A DNA stretch of 64,000 nt, taken from NCBI GenBank assembly GCA_963805975.1, contig CAWDVR010000003.1, forward strand, positions 608,001 to 672,000, read 5' to 3'. This document shows, piece after piece, positions 21,026 to 31,929 of this stretch. Source of the DNA: an uncultured Acidobacteriota bacterium (lineage in GTDB: Bacteria > Acidobacteriota > Thermoanaerobaculia > Multivoradales > SZUA-115). The notes beneath the pieces were generated by a model that was given only the letters and a program-made list of their open reading frames with translations, had not been told where the DNA came from and searched no databases. Position 1 is the first letter of the stretch. The number at the start of each line of letters is the position of its first letter. A program made the position numbers and the translations under genes.

Positions 21026-22099
21026 ATGCCCGATCGCCTCCCCAGCCCCAAGGAGATCGCCGCCGCCCTCGGCCGCCGCGTCATTGGCCAGGCCGACGCG
21101 GTGCGCGAGATGTCGATCGCGCTCGCCAAGCACCTGGCCGGTCTCTCGACCGGCAACATCCTGCTCATCGGCGCCTCGGGCAGCGGCAAGACCACGCTGA
21201 TGCGGGCGGTGGAGGAGTACCTGGCCGGCGACCCGGAGCTCGCGGTGCGCTCGGCCGTGGTCCGGCTCCACGCCAATGTGCTGGGCGAGGAGGCGGCCCG
21301 CGGCCGGCCGGGCCAGGCGGTGCTCGAGCGGCTGCTGGCACGGGCCCGCGAACAGCTCGGGCCGGCCGCGGCGCTCCCCGCGCTCCTCCAGCGCGCAGCC
21401 CATGGGCTCGCCTTCATCGACGAGGTGGACAAGATCCGCGCCCACGTGGGCGAGCGCGCCAACGTCACCGGCATCCGCGCGCAAGAAGCCCTCCTCACGC
21501 TGATCGAGAACGAGGCGGTGCCCTTCGAGCTGCCGGAGTGGGCGGGTAGCGGCACCACCACCCTCGATTCGAGAAACCTCCTCTTCGTCTGCGCCGGTGC
21601 TTTCGAGGGGCTCCACGACGCGGTCTACGACCGGGTGACCGTGGGCAAGGACCGCGGTGCGCTCCAGCCCTTCACCGTGGTCGAGGCCGGTAGGGTGCGC
21701 GAGGAGCTGGCGTTCTCGCTCCGTGACTGGCTGCGCAACGAGGATCTCTTCGACTACGGCATGACCCCGCAGTTCCTCTCGCGCTTCGATGCCGTGGTGA
21801 TCCTCGACAACCTGAGCGAGGACGAGCTGGTGCAGATCTTCCTCGAGGGCGCGGACTCGAGCTACCGCCAGGCCGCGGCCTACTTCCAGGCGCGGGGGAT
21901 CCACCTCGCCCTCTCGCCGGCCGCCGTGCGCCGCATCGCCACCGAGGCCGCCCGCCATCCCCGCCTCGGCGCCCGCGCTCTGCGCGAGGTCTTCCGCCGC
22001 GTCATCGGCCGCTACGAGTTCGACCCCGACCTCGCCGCCAAAGGCGCCGGCAACGCGCTGATGATCGACGTGCCGGAGGTGGAGGCGGGGCTGGGGTAA
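21026..22099 (+). CDS. ClpX/HslU-like AAA+ ATPase (atypical)
   Basis: SPKEI..VIGQ, NILLIGASGSGKT, FIDEVDKI, QEALLTLIE, LFVCAGAF, YGMTPQFLSRF, LGARALR. Confidence 0.82.
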   Translation: MPDRLPSPKEIAAALGRRVIGQADAVREMSIALAKHLAGLSTGNILLIGASGSGKTTLMRAVEEYLAGDPELAVRSAVVRLHANVLGEEAARGRPGQAVLERLLARAREQLGPAAALPALLQRAAHGLAFIDEVDKIRAHVGERANVTGIRAQEALLTLIENEAVPFELPEWAGSGTTTLDSRNLLFVCAGAFEGLHDAVYDRVTVGKDRGALQPFTVVEAGRVREELAFSLRDWLRNEDLFDYGMTPQFLSRFDAVVILDNLSEDELVQIFLEGADSSYRQAAAYFQARGIHLALSPAAVRRIATEAARHPRLGARALREVFRRVIGRYEFDPDLAAKGAGNALMIDVPEVEAGLG

Positions 22100-22167
22100 G
22101 GGGAGACAAGACAGATACACCGACCTTTGCTGAGCGCGCCGACCAGCGCCTGGGAAGCTCCGGCTGA

Positions 22168-22926
22168 TCAGGCCCTTCCCCTTCTCGCCTCCAACAGCCG
22201 CAAGTACCGCCGTCGCCGCAGCCTTCTCGTCACCAGCCCCGGCAGGAGGCTGACGAAGCCCAGGAGGAGGAGCGCGATGCTGACCTGCCGGATGAGGTCC
22301 CCGCGCTCGCCGGCGGCGGCGTTGAAGAGCGCGCTGTAGAAGTAGGTCCAGACGGCGATCGCGGGCAGGAGACCGATGGTGGTCGAGACGAGGAAGGGCA
22401 GGAAGCGGATACCGGCCAGGGCCATGGCGAAGTTGACCAGCGGGAACGGCAGGGGGAAGAAGCGGGCCCCCACCAGGTACCAGAAGCCGTGGCGACCGAG
22501 GGTCCGTACGATGGGTCGCAGGCGGTGGCCGGCGTAGTGCTGGATCAGCTCGCCCCCCAGGCGCTTCGCCACGAGGTAGCTCGCGACCGCGCCCAGGAGT
22601 AGGCCGACGAAGTTGTAGAGCGTACCGAACCAGGGGCCGAAGACGATGGCGCCTGCCACCATCAGCGGCGTCGCCGGCAGGCCCAGCGGGCAGAGGACGA
22701 TGTAGAGCGCTATCAGCAGCAGCGGCGCCCACCAGGCGGCCTGCAGGCTCTCGAGCGTGCCGAGCAGGGACTCTTTGGAGAGGTAGCCGCCGAGGGGAGT
22801 GAAACGCACCGCCGCGAAGGCGAGCGCGATCAGCAGCACGAAAACGGCAAAGCGGACGAGCGCGCCCTTGGGCAGGCGGCGCTTGCCGAGCCCGACCTCT
22901 TTATCCTGAGGAATCGGCACTCCCAC
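22168..22926 (-). CDS. TVP38/DedA (VTT domain) membrane protein
   Basis: Multiple TM helices; GAIVFGPWFG, RFFPLPFPLVNF. Confidence 0.85.
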   Translation of the reverse strand: MGVPIPQDKEVGLGKRRLPKGALVRFAVFVLLIALAFAAVRFTPLGGYLSKESLLGTLESLQAAWWAPLLLIALYIVLCPLGLPATPLMVAGAIVFGPWFGTLYNFVGLLLGAVASYLVAKRLGGELIQHYAGHRLRPIVRTLGRHGFWYLVGARFFPLPFPLVNFAMALAGIRFLPFLVSTTIGLLPAIAVWTYFYSALFNAAAGERGDLIRQVSIALLLLGFVSLLPGLVTRRLRRRRYLRLLEARRGRA

Positions 22927-23158
22927 CGTCGAGCAACAGGAACTGGCGCATCTGCTGATCGAGGATTTTCTGCGACGCCGGATCCATGAAGTTGAGCTTC
23001 AGCTCGTTGATCACCATCACCTCCGTGCCCTGCCACTCGGCCCAGCAGGCGGCGCAGACCTTGGCCTTGATCTCGGCGCCGAGGGGGCCGGGGATGGGCA
23101 CGCGCTCGGGGGCCTCGGCGTCGCGGCCGCAGCGGGTGCAATGGACGATGGCTGCCAT
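22901..23158 (-). CDS. Fe(II)-trafficking / oxidative damage protection protein (YggX-like)
   Basis: VHCTRCG..PIPGPLG..VCAACWAEW..MVINELKLN..QMRQFL. Confidence 0.85.
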   Translation of the reverse strand: MAAIVHCTRCGRDAEAPERVPIPGPLGAEIKAKVCAACWAEWQGTEVMVINELKLNFMDPASQKILDQQMRQFLLLDGGSADSSG

Positions 23159-23189
23159 GGGCTCGGTTTCCTCTCCGCGTCTGCGAATC

Positions 23190-24149
<960 letters not shown>

Positions 24150-24150
24150 G

Positions 24151-25479
24151 CTAGGCCCCCGCCGCTTCCTGGCCGGCCTCGCGGCGGCCCACCGAGACGT
24201 AGCGGAAGCCGGCGGCAGCCATCTTCTCCGGCTCGTAGAGGTTGCGCAGGTCGACCACCAGCGGCGCGCTCAGGGCCCTCTTCAGGCGGCCCAGCTCGAG
24301 GGCTCGGAAGGGGTTCCACTCGGTGACGATCACCAGGCCGTCCGCGCCTTCCGCCGCCTGGTAGGGATCGTCGCAGTAGGTGAGCTCGGGATGGACCTGC
24401 CGGAACGCCTCGGCCGCCGCCGGGTCGAAGGCGCGGATGAGAGCGCCCCGCTCGGCGAGGCCGGCTACGATCTCGAGCGCCGGCGACTCGCGGATGTCGT
24501 CGGTGTCGGGCTTGAAGGACAGGCCCAGCAGGGCCACGGTCTTGCCCGCCAGGCCGCCGAAAGCGGCGTCGATCTTTTCGACCATGCGCTGCTTGGTAGC
24601 CTCGTTGACCTCGAGCACGGCCTCGATGATGCGGAAGCGGCGGCCCTGCTCGCGGGCGATCTGGGCCACGGCGCGGGTGTCCTTGGGGAAGCAGGAGCCG
24701 CCGAAACCGGGGCCGGGGTGGAGGAACCGAGGGCCGATGCGCTGATCGAGACCCATGCCGCGTGCCACCACCTCGACGTTGGCGCCCAGCGCCTCGCAGA
24801 GCTCCGCCACCTCGTTGATGAACGAGATCTTGGTGGCGAGAAAGCCGTTCGAGGCGTACTTGATGAGCTCGGCGCTCTCCACGTCGGTGATCACGAACGG
24901 CACGTCGGCCACGTGCAGGGGCGCGTAGATGTCGAGCATCACGCCGATCGCCCGCGGGTCGATCGAGCCGATCACCACCCGGTCCGGGTGCATGAAGTCC
25001 TCGATCGCCGAGCCCTCGCGCAGGAACTCGGGGTTCGAGACCACGGCGAAGTCCGCCGCCTCTCCCGCCTTCTCGCGCACCGTGCGGGCGATCATCTGGC
25101 CGGTGCCGATCGGCACCGTGCTCTTGGTGATGATCGCCTTGAAGCCGGTGAGGTGCTCGGCGATCGAGGCCGCCACGTCACGCACGAAGGAGAGGTCGGC
25201 CGAGCCGTCGGGAAGCGGCGGCGTGCCGACCGCGATGAACACCGCCTGCGCCTGCTCGACGGCCGGGCCCAGGTCGGTCGAGAACGAGAGACGCCCGGCG
25301 TGCATGTTCTTCGCGACCAGCGTGTCGAGGCCCGGCTCGTAGATCGGGATCTCGCCACGGCAGAGCGCCGCGACCTTGGCGGCGTCCTTGTCGACGCCCA
25401 CCACGTGCATGCCGAAGTCGGCGAGGCAGGCCCCGGTCACCAGGCCCACGTAGCCGCTGCCCACGACGCAGATCTTCAT
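24151..25479 (-). CDS. ugd: UDP-glucose 6-dehydrogenase
   Basis: [49 protein letters not shown]. Confidence 0.95.
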   Translation of the reverse strand: MKICVVGSGYVGLVTGACLADFGMHVVGVDKDAAKVAALCRGEIPIYEPGLDTLVAKNMHAGRLSFSTDLGPAVEQAQAVFIAVGTPPLPDGSADLSFVRDVAASIAEHLTGFKAIITKSTVPIGTGQMIARTVREKAGEAADFAVVSNPEFLREGSAIEDFMHPDRVVIGSIDPRAIGVMLDIYAPLHVADVPFVITDVESAELIKYASNGFLATKISFINEVAELCEALGANVEVVARGMGLDQRIGPRFLHPGPGFGGSCFPKDTRAVAQIAREQGRRFRIIEAVLEVNEATKQRMVEKIDAAFGGLAGKTVALLGLSFKPDTDDIRESPALEIVAGLAERGALIRAFDPAAAEAFRQVHPELTYCDDPYQAAEGADGLVIVTEWNPFRALELGRLKRALSAPLVVDLRNLYEPEKMAAAGFRYVSVGRREAGQEAAGA

Positions 25480-25525
25480 GGCTCGAGAAAACCCTCCGCG
25501 TGGCGGGCCGTTGCCGCCGTGATCC

Positions 25526-25560
25526 CAGGGGAGCCCTTCATGTCAGGGGAGCCCGTCATG
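25526..25560. repeat. Short tandem duplication
   Basis: CAGGGGAGCCCTTCATG-T-CAGGGGAGCCCGTCATG, period 18. Confidence 0.6.
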
Positions 25561-26533
25561 CCAGAGGAGCACTGTGGGCGGCCCCGTGCTCGCGGTACCA
25601 GGCGACGAAGCGGCGCAACCCTTCGGTGATCGGGACTTTCGGTGCGTAACCGAGGAGGCGGGCGGCCTTCCCGACATCGGCGAAAGTGATCGGGACATCG
25701 CCCGGCTGCGCGGGAAGATACTCGATCAACGGCTCGACGGCAAGCTCGCCGGCCAGCCGCTCGACCAGTCCCAGAAGGCTCGTGGTCTCGGCGCCGCCCA
25801 GGTTCAGGATCTCGAAGCCGGGGGCGAGATCGAGGCTCGCCACGATGCCGTCGACGATGTCGTCGACGAAGGTGTAGTCACGCCGGCTCGAGCCGTCGCC
25901 GTAGAGCGGGATCTTGGCGCCCCTGGCCAGGAGATCGGTGAACTTGTGGATCGCCATCTCCGGCCGCTGGGCCGGGCCGTAGACGGTGAAGAAGCGCAGG
26001 CAGGCGGTCTTGAAGCCGTAGAGGTGATGGTAGTTGTAGCACAGCAGCTCGCCGGTCCGCTTGGTGGTGGCGTAGGGGCTGATCGGCTGGTTGATCTCGT
26101 CGTCCTCGGCGAACGGCACTTTCTCGTTGATGCCGTAGACCGACGAAGAAGAGCCGAAGATGAAGACCTGGGGACCGTGACGGCGCGCCGCCTCGAGCAG
26201 GCGCAGCGTGCCGATGCAGTTGACGTCCTCGTAGAGCACCGGTTCCCGGAGGCTGGGGCGCACGCCGGCGCGGGCCGCCAGGTGCACCACGGCATCGAAG
26301 CCGCCCTCGGCGAACAGCCCGTCGACCAGCGCCTCGTCGCGGATGTCGCCCTCGACCAGCCGGTAGTCGGGCCGAGAGAGCAGCGGCTCCACGTTCCGGC
26401 GCTTGCGCGCCGGGTCGTAGAAGTCGTTGAAATCGTCGAGCACGGTCAGGCGGTCACCGCGGCCCAGCAGGTGCCGGGAGAGGTGCGAGCCGATGAAGCC
26501 GGCACCGCCGGTGACGAGGATGTGCTGAGCCAT
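25556..26533 (-). CDS. NAD-dependent nucleotide-sugar epimerase (UDP-glucuronate 4-epimerase-like)
   Basis: TGGAGFIGSH, HLAARAGVR, SSSSVYG, SPYATTK, LRFFTVYGP, RDYTFVDD, QPGDV. Confidence 0.9.
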   Translation of the reverse strand: MAQHILVTGGAGFIGSHLSRHLLGRGDRLTVLDDFNDFYDPARKRRNVEPLLSRPDYRLVEGDIRDEALVDGLFAEGGFDAVVHLAARAGVRPSLREPVLYEDVNCIGTLRLLEAARRHGPQVFIFGSSSSVYGINEKVPFAEDDEINQPISPYATTKRTGELLCYNYHHLYGFKTACLRFFTVYGPAQRPEMAIHKFTDLLARGAKIPLYGDGSSRRDYTFVDDIVDGIVASLDLAPGFEILNLGGAETTSLLGLVERLAGELAVEPLIEYLPAQPGDVPITFADVGKAARLLGYAPKVPITEGLRRFVAWYREHGAAHSAPLA

Positions 26534-26547
26534 GGGCGCGAATGCTA

Positions 26548-27699
26548 TCAGTCGCGGGGGAGCTGGGCCGGTGGCGGTCCTTCTCCCTCGTCGTAGCGCT
26601 TTTCGATGCCGGCCTTCTGGCGGTTGCGGATCAGCCAGCGCAGCATCCGTGACTCGTTGGCACCGACCAGGATGTCCTGGATCGCCTCGTAGACCGCGGG
26701 GTCGTGGATCAGCTTCGCGGCTGTGCCGTCCCCGCTCTCGAGCTCGGTCGCCAGGCGATCGAAGCGGCCGACCGTGTCCTCGATCTGGCGGCTCATCTGC
26801 TCGCCGTAGGGCTCGTCGAAGAGCAGCCGCGGCAGGAGGCCGTTGGCGTCCTGGAGCTCGGTCGAGAACTTGGAGAGGTTGGCGGCGGTGACCTTGAGCG
26901 AGGCCAGGGTCTGGTCGAAGTCCTCTTTGGTCTTGGCGTCGTTGAACAGCGAGGGCACCAGGCCCTGACCCTCTTCGAAGCGGGTCAGGGCGGTATCCAG
27001 CCGCTCGACGGACTTGGCCAGCCGGTCGGCGAGCGCGGCGTCGGTGATCAGGCGCGGCAGCGCGCCTTCGCCGTGCTCGATGCGCTCGGCCACCCGCTGC
27101 ACGGACTCGAGGGTCTTGAGCAGCCGTTCCGAGACCTTCTCGCCGGTGTCGGTGTCCGACACCAGCTCGCCCAGCAGGCCCTTGCCTTTCTCCAGGCGCG
27201 ACAGGATCACCTTGAGCGAGGCGGAGATCGCGGTGACGTTGGCCATCACGTCCTCGCCCGAGGCGACCAGGGCGTCCATCGAGGTCGGCTTGGCCGCCGG
27301 GATCTCCGAGCGGTCGGCGATCACCGGCTGCTCGAGCGAGCCGGAGCTGATCTCGAGGTACTTGTCGCCCAGGAGGCCCAGGGTCTTGATGCTCGCCGTC
27401 GAGTCGCCGCGCAGGCGCCCGGCGTAGCGGCGGTCGACGGTGAGCTCGACCCGGATCAGGCTCTCCTTGGGGTCCTCCGGCAGCACGATGCGCTGCACTC
27501 TCCCGACCCGCACGCCGTTCAACTGCACGTAGCTGCCTTCGGCCACGCCGCTCACCGTCTGGAAACGGGCGAAGTAGTGGTTCTTGCGCGAGAAGAGATT
27601 GTTCTTCTCGCCGATCAGGAAGATACCGAGCGCCAGCATCGCAACGGCGGCCATCACCAGGGCTCCGACACGCAGGACGTTGTGGCGCTCACGCGGCAT
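26548..27699 (-). CDS. mlaD: MlaD/MCE family protein
   Basis: N-terminal TM; VQLNGVRVGRV; TLGLLGDKYLEI; helical C-terminus. Confidence 0.88.
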   Translation of the reverse strand: MPRERHNVLRVGALVMAAVAMLALGIFLIGEKNNLFSRKNHYFARFQTVSGVAEGSYVQLNGVRVGRVQRIVLPEDPKESLIRVELTVDRRYAGRLRGDSTASIKTLGLLGDKYLEISSGSLEQPVIADRSEIPAAKPTSMDALVASGEDVMANVTAISASLKVILSRLEKGKGLLGELVSDTDTGEKVSERLLKTLESVQRVAERIEHGEGALPRLITDAALADRLAKSVERLDTALTRFEEGQGLVPSLFNDAKTKEDFDQTLASLKVTAANLSKFSTELQDANGLLPRLLFDEPYGEQMSRQIEDTVGRFDRLATELESGDGTAAKLIHDPAVYEAIQDILVGANESRMLRWLIRNRQKAGIEKRYDEGEGPPPAQLPRD

Positions 27700-28468
27700 G
27701 CTCGATCTCCTCGCGACCGGTCAGAAAGTCTCGCAGCAGGGAGTCCGCGCTCTCGTCCGCCTCTTGCCAGGTGCCGAGGAAGCGGAAGCGCCCGCCGTCG
27801 AGGAAGGCCACGCGGTCGGCCACCCGCCGGGCGAGTGCCAGGTCGTGGGTGACCACCACACAGGTGACGTTCAAACCCTTGATGCGCTCGATCAGGCTGG
27901 CGATGGTCGCCGAGGTGATCGGATCGAGGCCGGTGGTGGGCTCGTCGAAGAGCAGCACCTCGGGGTCGAGAGCGAGAGAACGGGCGAGGGCGACGCGTTT
28001 CTTCATGCCGCCGGAGAGCTCGCCCGGCACCTTGGCCTCGATTCCCGGCAGGTGGACGAGGGCGAGCTTCTCCGCCACCTTCGCCCGGATCGCATCCTCG
28101 GCCAGGTCCGAGTGCTCGCGCAGCGGGAAGGCGACGTTCTCGAGCACGTCCATGGAGTCGAAGAGGGCGCCACCCTGGAAGAGCATCGCCACCCGCCGCC
28201 GCACCGCCAGGAGCTCGCGCTCGGTGAGCGTCGACACCGGCTGCCCGTCGAACAGCACCTCGCCGCCGTCCGGGCTGTCGAGGCCGTTCATCTGGCGCAG
28301 CGTCACGCTCTTGCCCGTGCCCGAGCGGCCCAGGATCACCAGGCACTCGCCGCGCAAGACTTCGAAAGAGAGATCGTCGAGCACGGTCAGCTCGCCGTAG
28401 CGCCGCGTCAGGTTGCGCACGGAGAAGAGCACTTCGCCGGGCCGGCGAGCTGCGGCATCGTGGGTCAT
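27689..28468 (-). CDS. mlaF: MlaF-type ABC ATPase
   Basis: GRSGTGKS, FQGGALFDSM, LSGGMKKRV, DEPTTGLDP. Confidence 0.9.
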   Translation of the reverse strand: MTHDAAARRPGEVLFSVRNLTRRYGELTVLDDLSFEVLRGECLVILGRSGTGKSVTLRQMNGLDSPDGGEVLFDGQPVSTLTERELLAVRRRVAMLFQGGALFDSMDVLENVAFPLREHSDLAEDAIRAKVAEKLALVHLPGIEAKVPGELSGGMKKRVALARSLALDPEVLLFDEPTTGLDPITSATIASLIERIKGLNVTCVVVTHDLALARRVADRVAFLDGGRFRFLGTWQEADESADSLLRDFLTGREEIEHAA

Positions 28469-29217
28469 GCGAGGAGGTAGAAGAGCTTGGTCAGGAAGAA
28501 GTCGGAGACCAGAACGAAGATCGAGGCGATCACCACGGTGCGGGTCGTCGCCCGGCCGACGCCGTCGGCGCCGCCGCGTGCGGCGAAACCATTGTAACAC
28601 CCGACCATGGTAATGAAATATGCGAAGAAAAAGGATTTTCCCACGCCGCTCATCACGTCGGCGAAGGTGAGCGAGCTGAACACGTCGTTGATGTAGAAGT
28701 GCGCCGAGAGGCCGAGCTGGAGCTTGGCCACCAACAGGCCGCCGAGGATGCCGAGGCCGTCGCCGATGATGGTGAGCACGGGAAACATCAGCAGCATGGC
28801 GACGAGCTTGGGGGCGACGAGCTTTTTCACCGGATCGGCGCCCATCGAGCGCAAGGCGTCGATCTGCTCGGACACTTTCATGGTGCCGATCTCGGCCGTC
28901 ATGCCGGCGCCGACCCGCCCGCCGACGATCAGCGCGATCAGCACCGGCCCCAGCTCGCGCACCAGGGACTTCGAGACCACGGTGCCGATGTAGTACTTGA
29001 CGCCCAGTTGGGGCAGGCTGTAGGCGGTCTGGAGCGCCAGCACCATGCCGGTGAAGATGGTGGTGATGCTGGCGACGCCCAGCGAGCGCACGCCGATCTG
29101 TTCCATCTGGCGGAACCAGGCACCGAGCTCGTAGGGCGGGGCCGCCAGCGCGGCGAAGGAGCGGCCGGTCAAGAGCGAGAGCTCCCCGGCCTCGCGGGCG
29201 ATTTCACGGAAGCTCAT
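28465..29217 (-). CDS. mlaE: MlaE-type ABC permease
   Basis: RELGPV, GRVGAGMTAEIGTMKVSEQIDAL, GGADGVGRATT. Confidence 0.92.
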   Translation of the reverse strand: MSFREIAREAGELSLLTGRSFAALAAPPYELGAWFRQMEQIGVRSLGVASITTIFTGMVLALQTAYSLPQLGVKYYIGTVVSKSLVRELGPVLIALIVGGRVGAGMTAEIGTMKVSEQIDALRSMGADPVKKLVAPKLVAMLLMFPVLTIIGDGLGILGGLLVAKLQLGLSAHFYINDVFSSLTFADVMSGVGKSFFFAYFITMVGCYNGFAARGGADGVGRATTRTVVIASIFVLVSDFFLTKLFYLLA

Positions 29218-29263
29218 GCGCGGCGGGATCTTATCAGCGCCCACACGGTGCCATAATCCGCGC

Positions 29264-30076
29264 ATGCCCGTTCCAGAGCAGCGCCCCGGGCGGCTGGCGA
29301 GCTGGCTGGCCAACGCCGGGGCCTATCTCTACATCGTCTTCGGCACCTTCTTCTTCGCCATGAGCTCGGTGCTGTTCGGCTGGATCGGGCCGCGCGGCAA
29401 CGTGATGTTCTGGCTCTCGCGGCCCTGGTCCCGCGGGCTGCTCGCGTCGGCGGGGGTGCGGCTCAGGGCACAGTTCGAGGTACCGCTCGATCCACGGAAG
29501 AGCTACGTCTACCTCGCCAATCACCAGAGCTACTTCGACATCCCCGCCCTGATGCCCGTGGCCCCCGGGCAGGTCCGCTTCGCGGCGAAGCGAAGCCTCT
29601 TTCGCATTCCGGTCTTCGGCTGGTCGCTCGCCGTGGGCGGCTTCATCCCCATCGACCGCGACCAGCCGAGCAAGGCGACGCAGGCGTTCGCGGCCGCGGC
29701 CCAGCGGGTGCAGCAGGGCGCCTCGGTGCTCTTCTTCCCCGAAGGTACGCGCTCGGCCGACGGCCTTCTCGCGCCTTTCCAGCGCGGCGGCTTCCTGATC
29801 GCGCTGAAGAGCGGGCTGCCCATCGTGCCGGTGGGGATCGAGGGCTCGCGGCAAGTGCTGCCGCGGGGCAGCGGGTGGGTCACGCCGGGGTCCATCACGG
29901 TGCGCTTCGGGTCGCCGATCGACACCACGGCCTACGGGGTGCGGGGCCGGGCCCAACTGATGGCCGAAGTCCGCCGCCGGGTGGCGGAGCTGGCGCGGGT
30001 CGAGCTGGCGCAGAGCCCTCACCCCGAGCCTCTCCCGGCAGCGGGAGAGGGCGCCACCCCCCAGCCGGTCCTGTAA
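29264..30076 (+). CDS. plsC: 1-acyl-sn-glycerol-3-phosphate acyltransferase
   Basis: NHQSYFD (HX4D), FFPEGTRS, PIVPV. Confidence 0.9.
   Translation: MPVPEQRPGRLASWLANAGAYLYIVFGTFFFAMSSVLFGWIGPRGNVMFWLSRPWSRGLLASAGVRLRAQFEVPLDPRKSYVYLANHQSYFDIPALMPVAPGQVRFAAKRSLFRIPVFGWSLAVGGFIPIDRDQPSKATQAFAAAAQRVQQGASVLFFPEGTRSADGLLAPFQRGGFLIALKSGLPIVPVGIEGSRQVLPRGSGWVTPGSITVRFGSPIDTTAYGVRGRAQLMAEVRRRVAELARVELAQSPHPEPLPAAGEGATPQPVL
30016..30051 (+). repeat. REP family A copy inside the plsC coding sequence
   Basis: CCCTCACCCCGAGCCTCTCCCGGCAGCGGGAGAGGG, read in frame as PHPEPLPAAGEG. Confidence 0.75.
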
Positions 30077-30088
30077 GATCGCGGCCTC

Positions 30089-31180
30089 ATGTCCAATCCT
30101 CTCGAAACGAAAGTCTGGGACACGCTGCGTGGTGTCAAGTTCCCGGGGATGAGCCGGGACGTGGTGTCCTTCGGCTTCGTCAAGGGCGTGCGCGTCGACG
30201 GCGGCGCCGTGGCCGTGGACCTCCACCTCGCCACCGCCAACCACGAGGCCGCCGGGGCTCTGAAGGGCGAGGTCGAGCGCGCCCTGGCCGCGCTGCCGGG
30301 CGTCGGCTCGGTCAGCATCAAGATGTCGGTGGCCCAGCCGGTCAAACCCGAAGAGGCCGCGCAGCGCGCCGTGGCGCGGAGCTCCGAGCTCCTCCCAGGC
30401 GTGTCCCAGGTGGTGGCCGTGGCGAGCGGCAAGGGCGGCGTCGGCAAGTCGACCGTCGCCGCCAACCTTGCCGTCACCCTGGGCCGCATGGGCTTCCAGG
30501 TGGGGCTGCTCGACGCCGATATCTACGGCCCCTCGGTGCCGATGATGTTCGGCATCACCGACAAGCCGACCATCGACGGCCAGCGCAACCGCATCCTGCC
30601 CTTCGTCAAGCACGGCATCCGGGTCATGTCGCTGGGTTTCGTGCTCGACGCCGACACGCCGGTCATCTGGCGCGGGCCGATGGTGATGAAGGCCCTCGAG
30701 CAGATGCTGACCGACGTCGAGTGGGGCGTGCTCGACTACCTGGTGGTGGACCTGCCGCCCGGCACCGGCGACGTCCAGCTCACCCTGACGCAGAAGGTGC
30801 CGCTCTCCGGCGCGGTGATCGTCACCACGCCGCAGGACGTGGCCCTGATCGACGCCCGCAAGGGCCTCGCCATGTTCCGCAAGGTGAACGTGCCGGTGGT
30901 GGGCATCGTGGAGAACATGTCGGGCTTCGTCTGCCCCCATTGCGGCGAGCGCACCGACATCTTCAAAGAGGGCGGCGGGCGGCGGACGGCCGAGCTGCTT
31001 TCGACACCCTTCCTGGGCGCCGTGCCGCTCGACCCCAAGATCGCGCTGGGCGGCGACGCCGGCGAGCCGATCGTGCTGACGGACGGCGGGCACGCCGACG
31101 CGTTTCGCGCCATCGCCGAGCAGGTGATCGCCGAGATCGCGCGCCACGAGGCCGAGCGGCCGGAGCTGGTGATCCACTAG
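30089..31180 (+). CDS. mrp: Mrp/ApbC Fe-S cluster carrier ATPase
   Basis: SGKGGVGKST, DADIYGPS, WRGPM, DLPPGTGD, ENMS..CPHC. Confidence 0.95.
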   Translation: MSNPLETKVWDTLRGVKFPGMSRDVVSFGFVKGVRVDGGAVAVDLHLATANHEAAGALKGEVERALAALPGVGSVSIKMSVAQPVKPEEAAQRAVARSSELLPGVSQVVAVASGKGGVGKSTVAANLAVTLGRMGFQVGLLDADIYGPSVPMMFGITDKPTIDGQRNRILPFVKHGIRVMSLGFVLDADTPVIWRGPMVMKALEQMLTDVEWGVLDYLVVDLPPGTGDVQLTLTQKVPLSGAVIVTTPQDVALIDARKGLAMFRKVNVPVVGIVENMSGFVCPHCGERTDIFKEGGGRRTAELLSTPFLGAVPLDPKIALGGDAGEPIVLTDGGHADAFRAIAEQVIAEIARHEAERPELVIH

Positions 31181-31185
31181 CGCCC

Positions 31186-31875
31186 ATGCCTGCCGGGGCC
31201 TCGCGCGTCGCGATCATCGCCGATGCCCACATCGGCGGCCCCGGCGGGCCGGCCGAGACCTTGATCCGCCAGCTCGAAGATCTGCCACGGCAGGGCTGCC
31301 TGCGCCTGCTGCTCCTGGGCGACATCTTCCAGGCCTGGATCGGCTTCCGTCGCTTCGAGACGGCGGAGATCGCGGCCGTGGTGCCGGTGCTCCGCGAGCT
31401 CCGCCGGCAGGGCCTGCGGATCGACTACCTGGAGGGCAACCGCGATTTCTTCCTCGCCGGCAGCCGGTACGCCGACTGCTTCGATTTCGTCGGTGACGAG
31501 GTGGCCTTCGAAGCCGGTGGCCGCCGCTACCTCGCGGTCCACGGCGACGGTTTGAACGACGCCGACCGTGCCTATCTCTTCTGGCGTTGGCTGTCGAAGA
31601 ACCGAACCAGCCGCTTCTTCGCCAACCGGATTCCGCGGCGACTGGCGCGGCGCCTCGTCCACTCGACCGAGGAGCGCCTGTCGAAGACCAACTTCAAGCA
31701 CAAGGTGCGCATCCCGGAGGCGGCGATCCGGGCCTACGGCGAACGGCGCCTTGCGGAGGGGCACGACGTGCTGCTTCTCGGTCATTTCCACGAGCCCCGG
31801 ACCTGGCAGGTGCCCGGCGGCGAGATCCGCCTGCTCGAGGCATGGTTCACCAGCCGGCAGGTGGAGTGGGTGTAG
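31186..31875 (+). CDS. Calcineurin-like phosphoesterase, LpxH-like
   Basis: ADAH, LGDIF, EGNRDF, HGD, GHFH. Confidence 0.82.
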   Translation: MPAGASRVAIIADAHIGGPGGPAETLIRQLEDLPRQGCLRLLLLGDIFQAWIGFRRFETAEIAAVVPVLRELRRQGLRIDYLEGNRDFFLAGSRYADCFDFVGDEVAFEAGGRRYLAVHGDGLNDADRAYLFWRWLSKNRTSRFFANRIPRRLARRLVHSTEERLSKTNFKHKVRIPEAAIRAYGERRLAEGHDVLLLGHFHEPRTWQVPGGEIRLLEAWFTSRQVEWV

Positions 31876-31929
31876 GGGCGGACCGCGGCGCACAGCCGTG
31901 AGCCCCGACACCGATATACACTTCCCACA

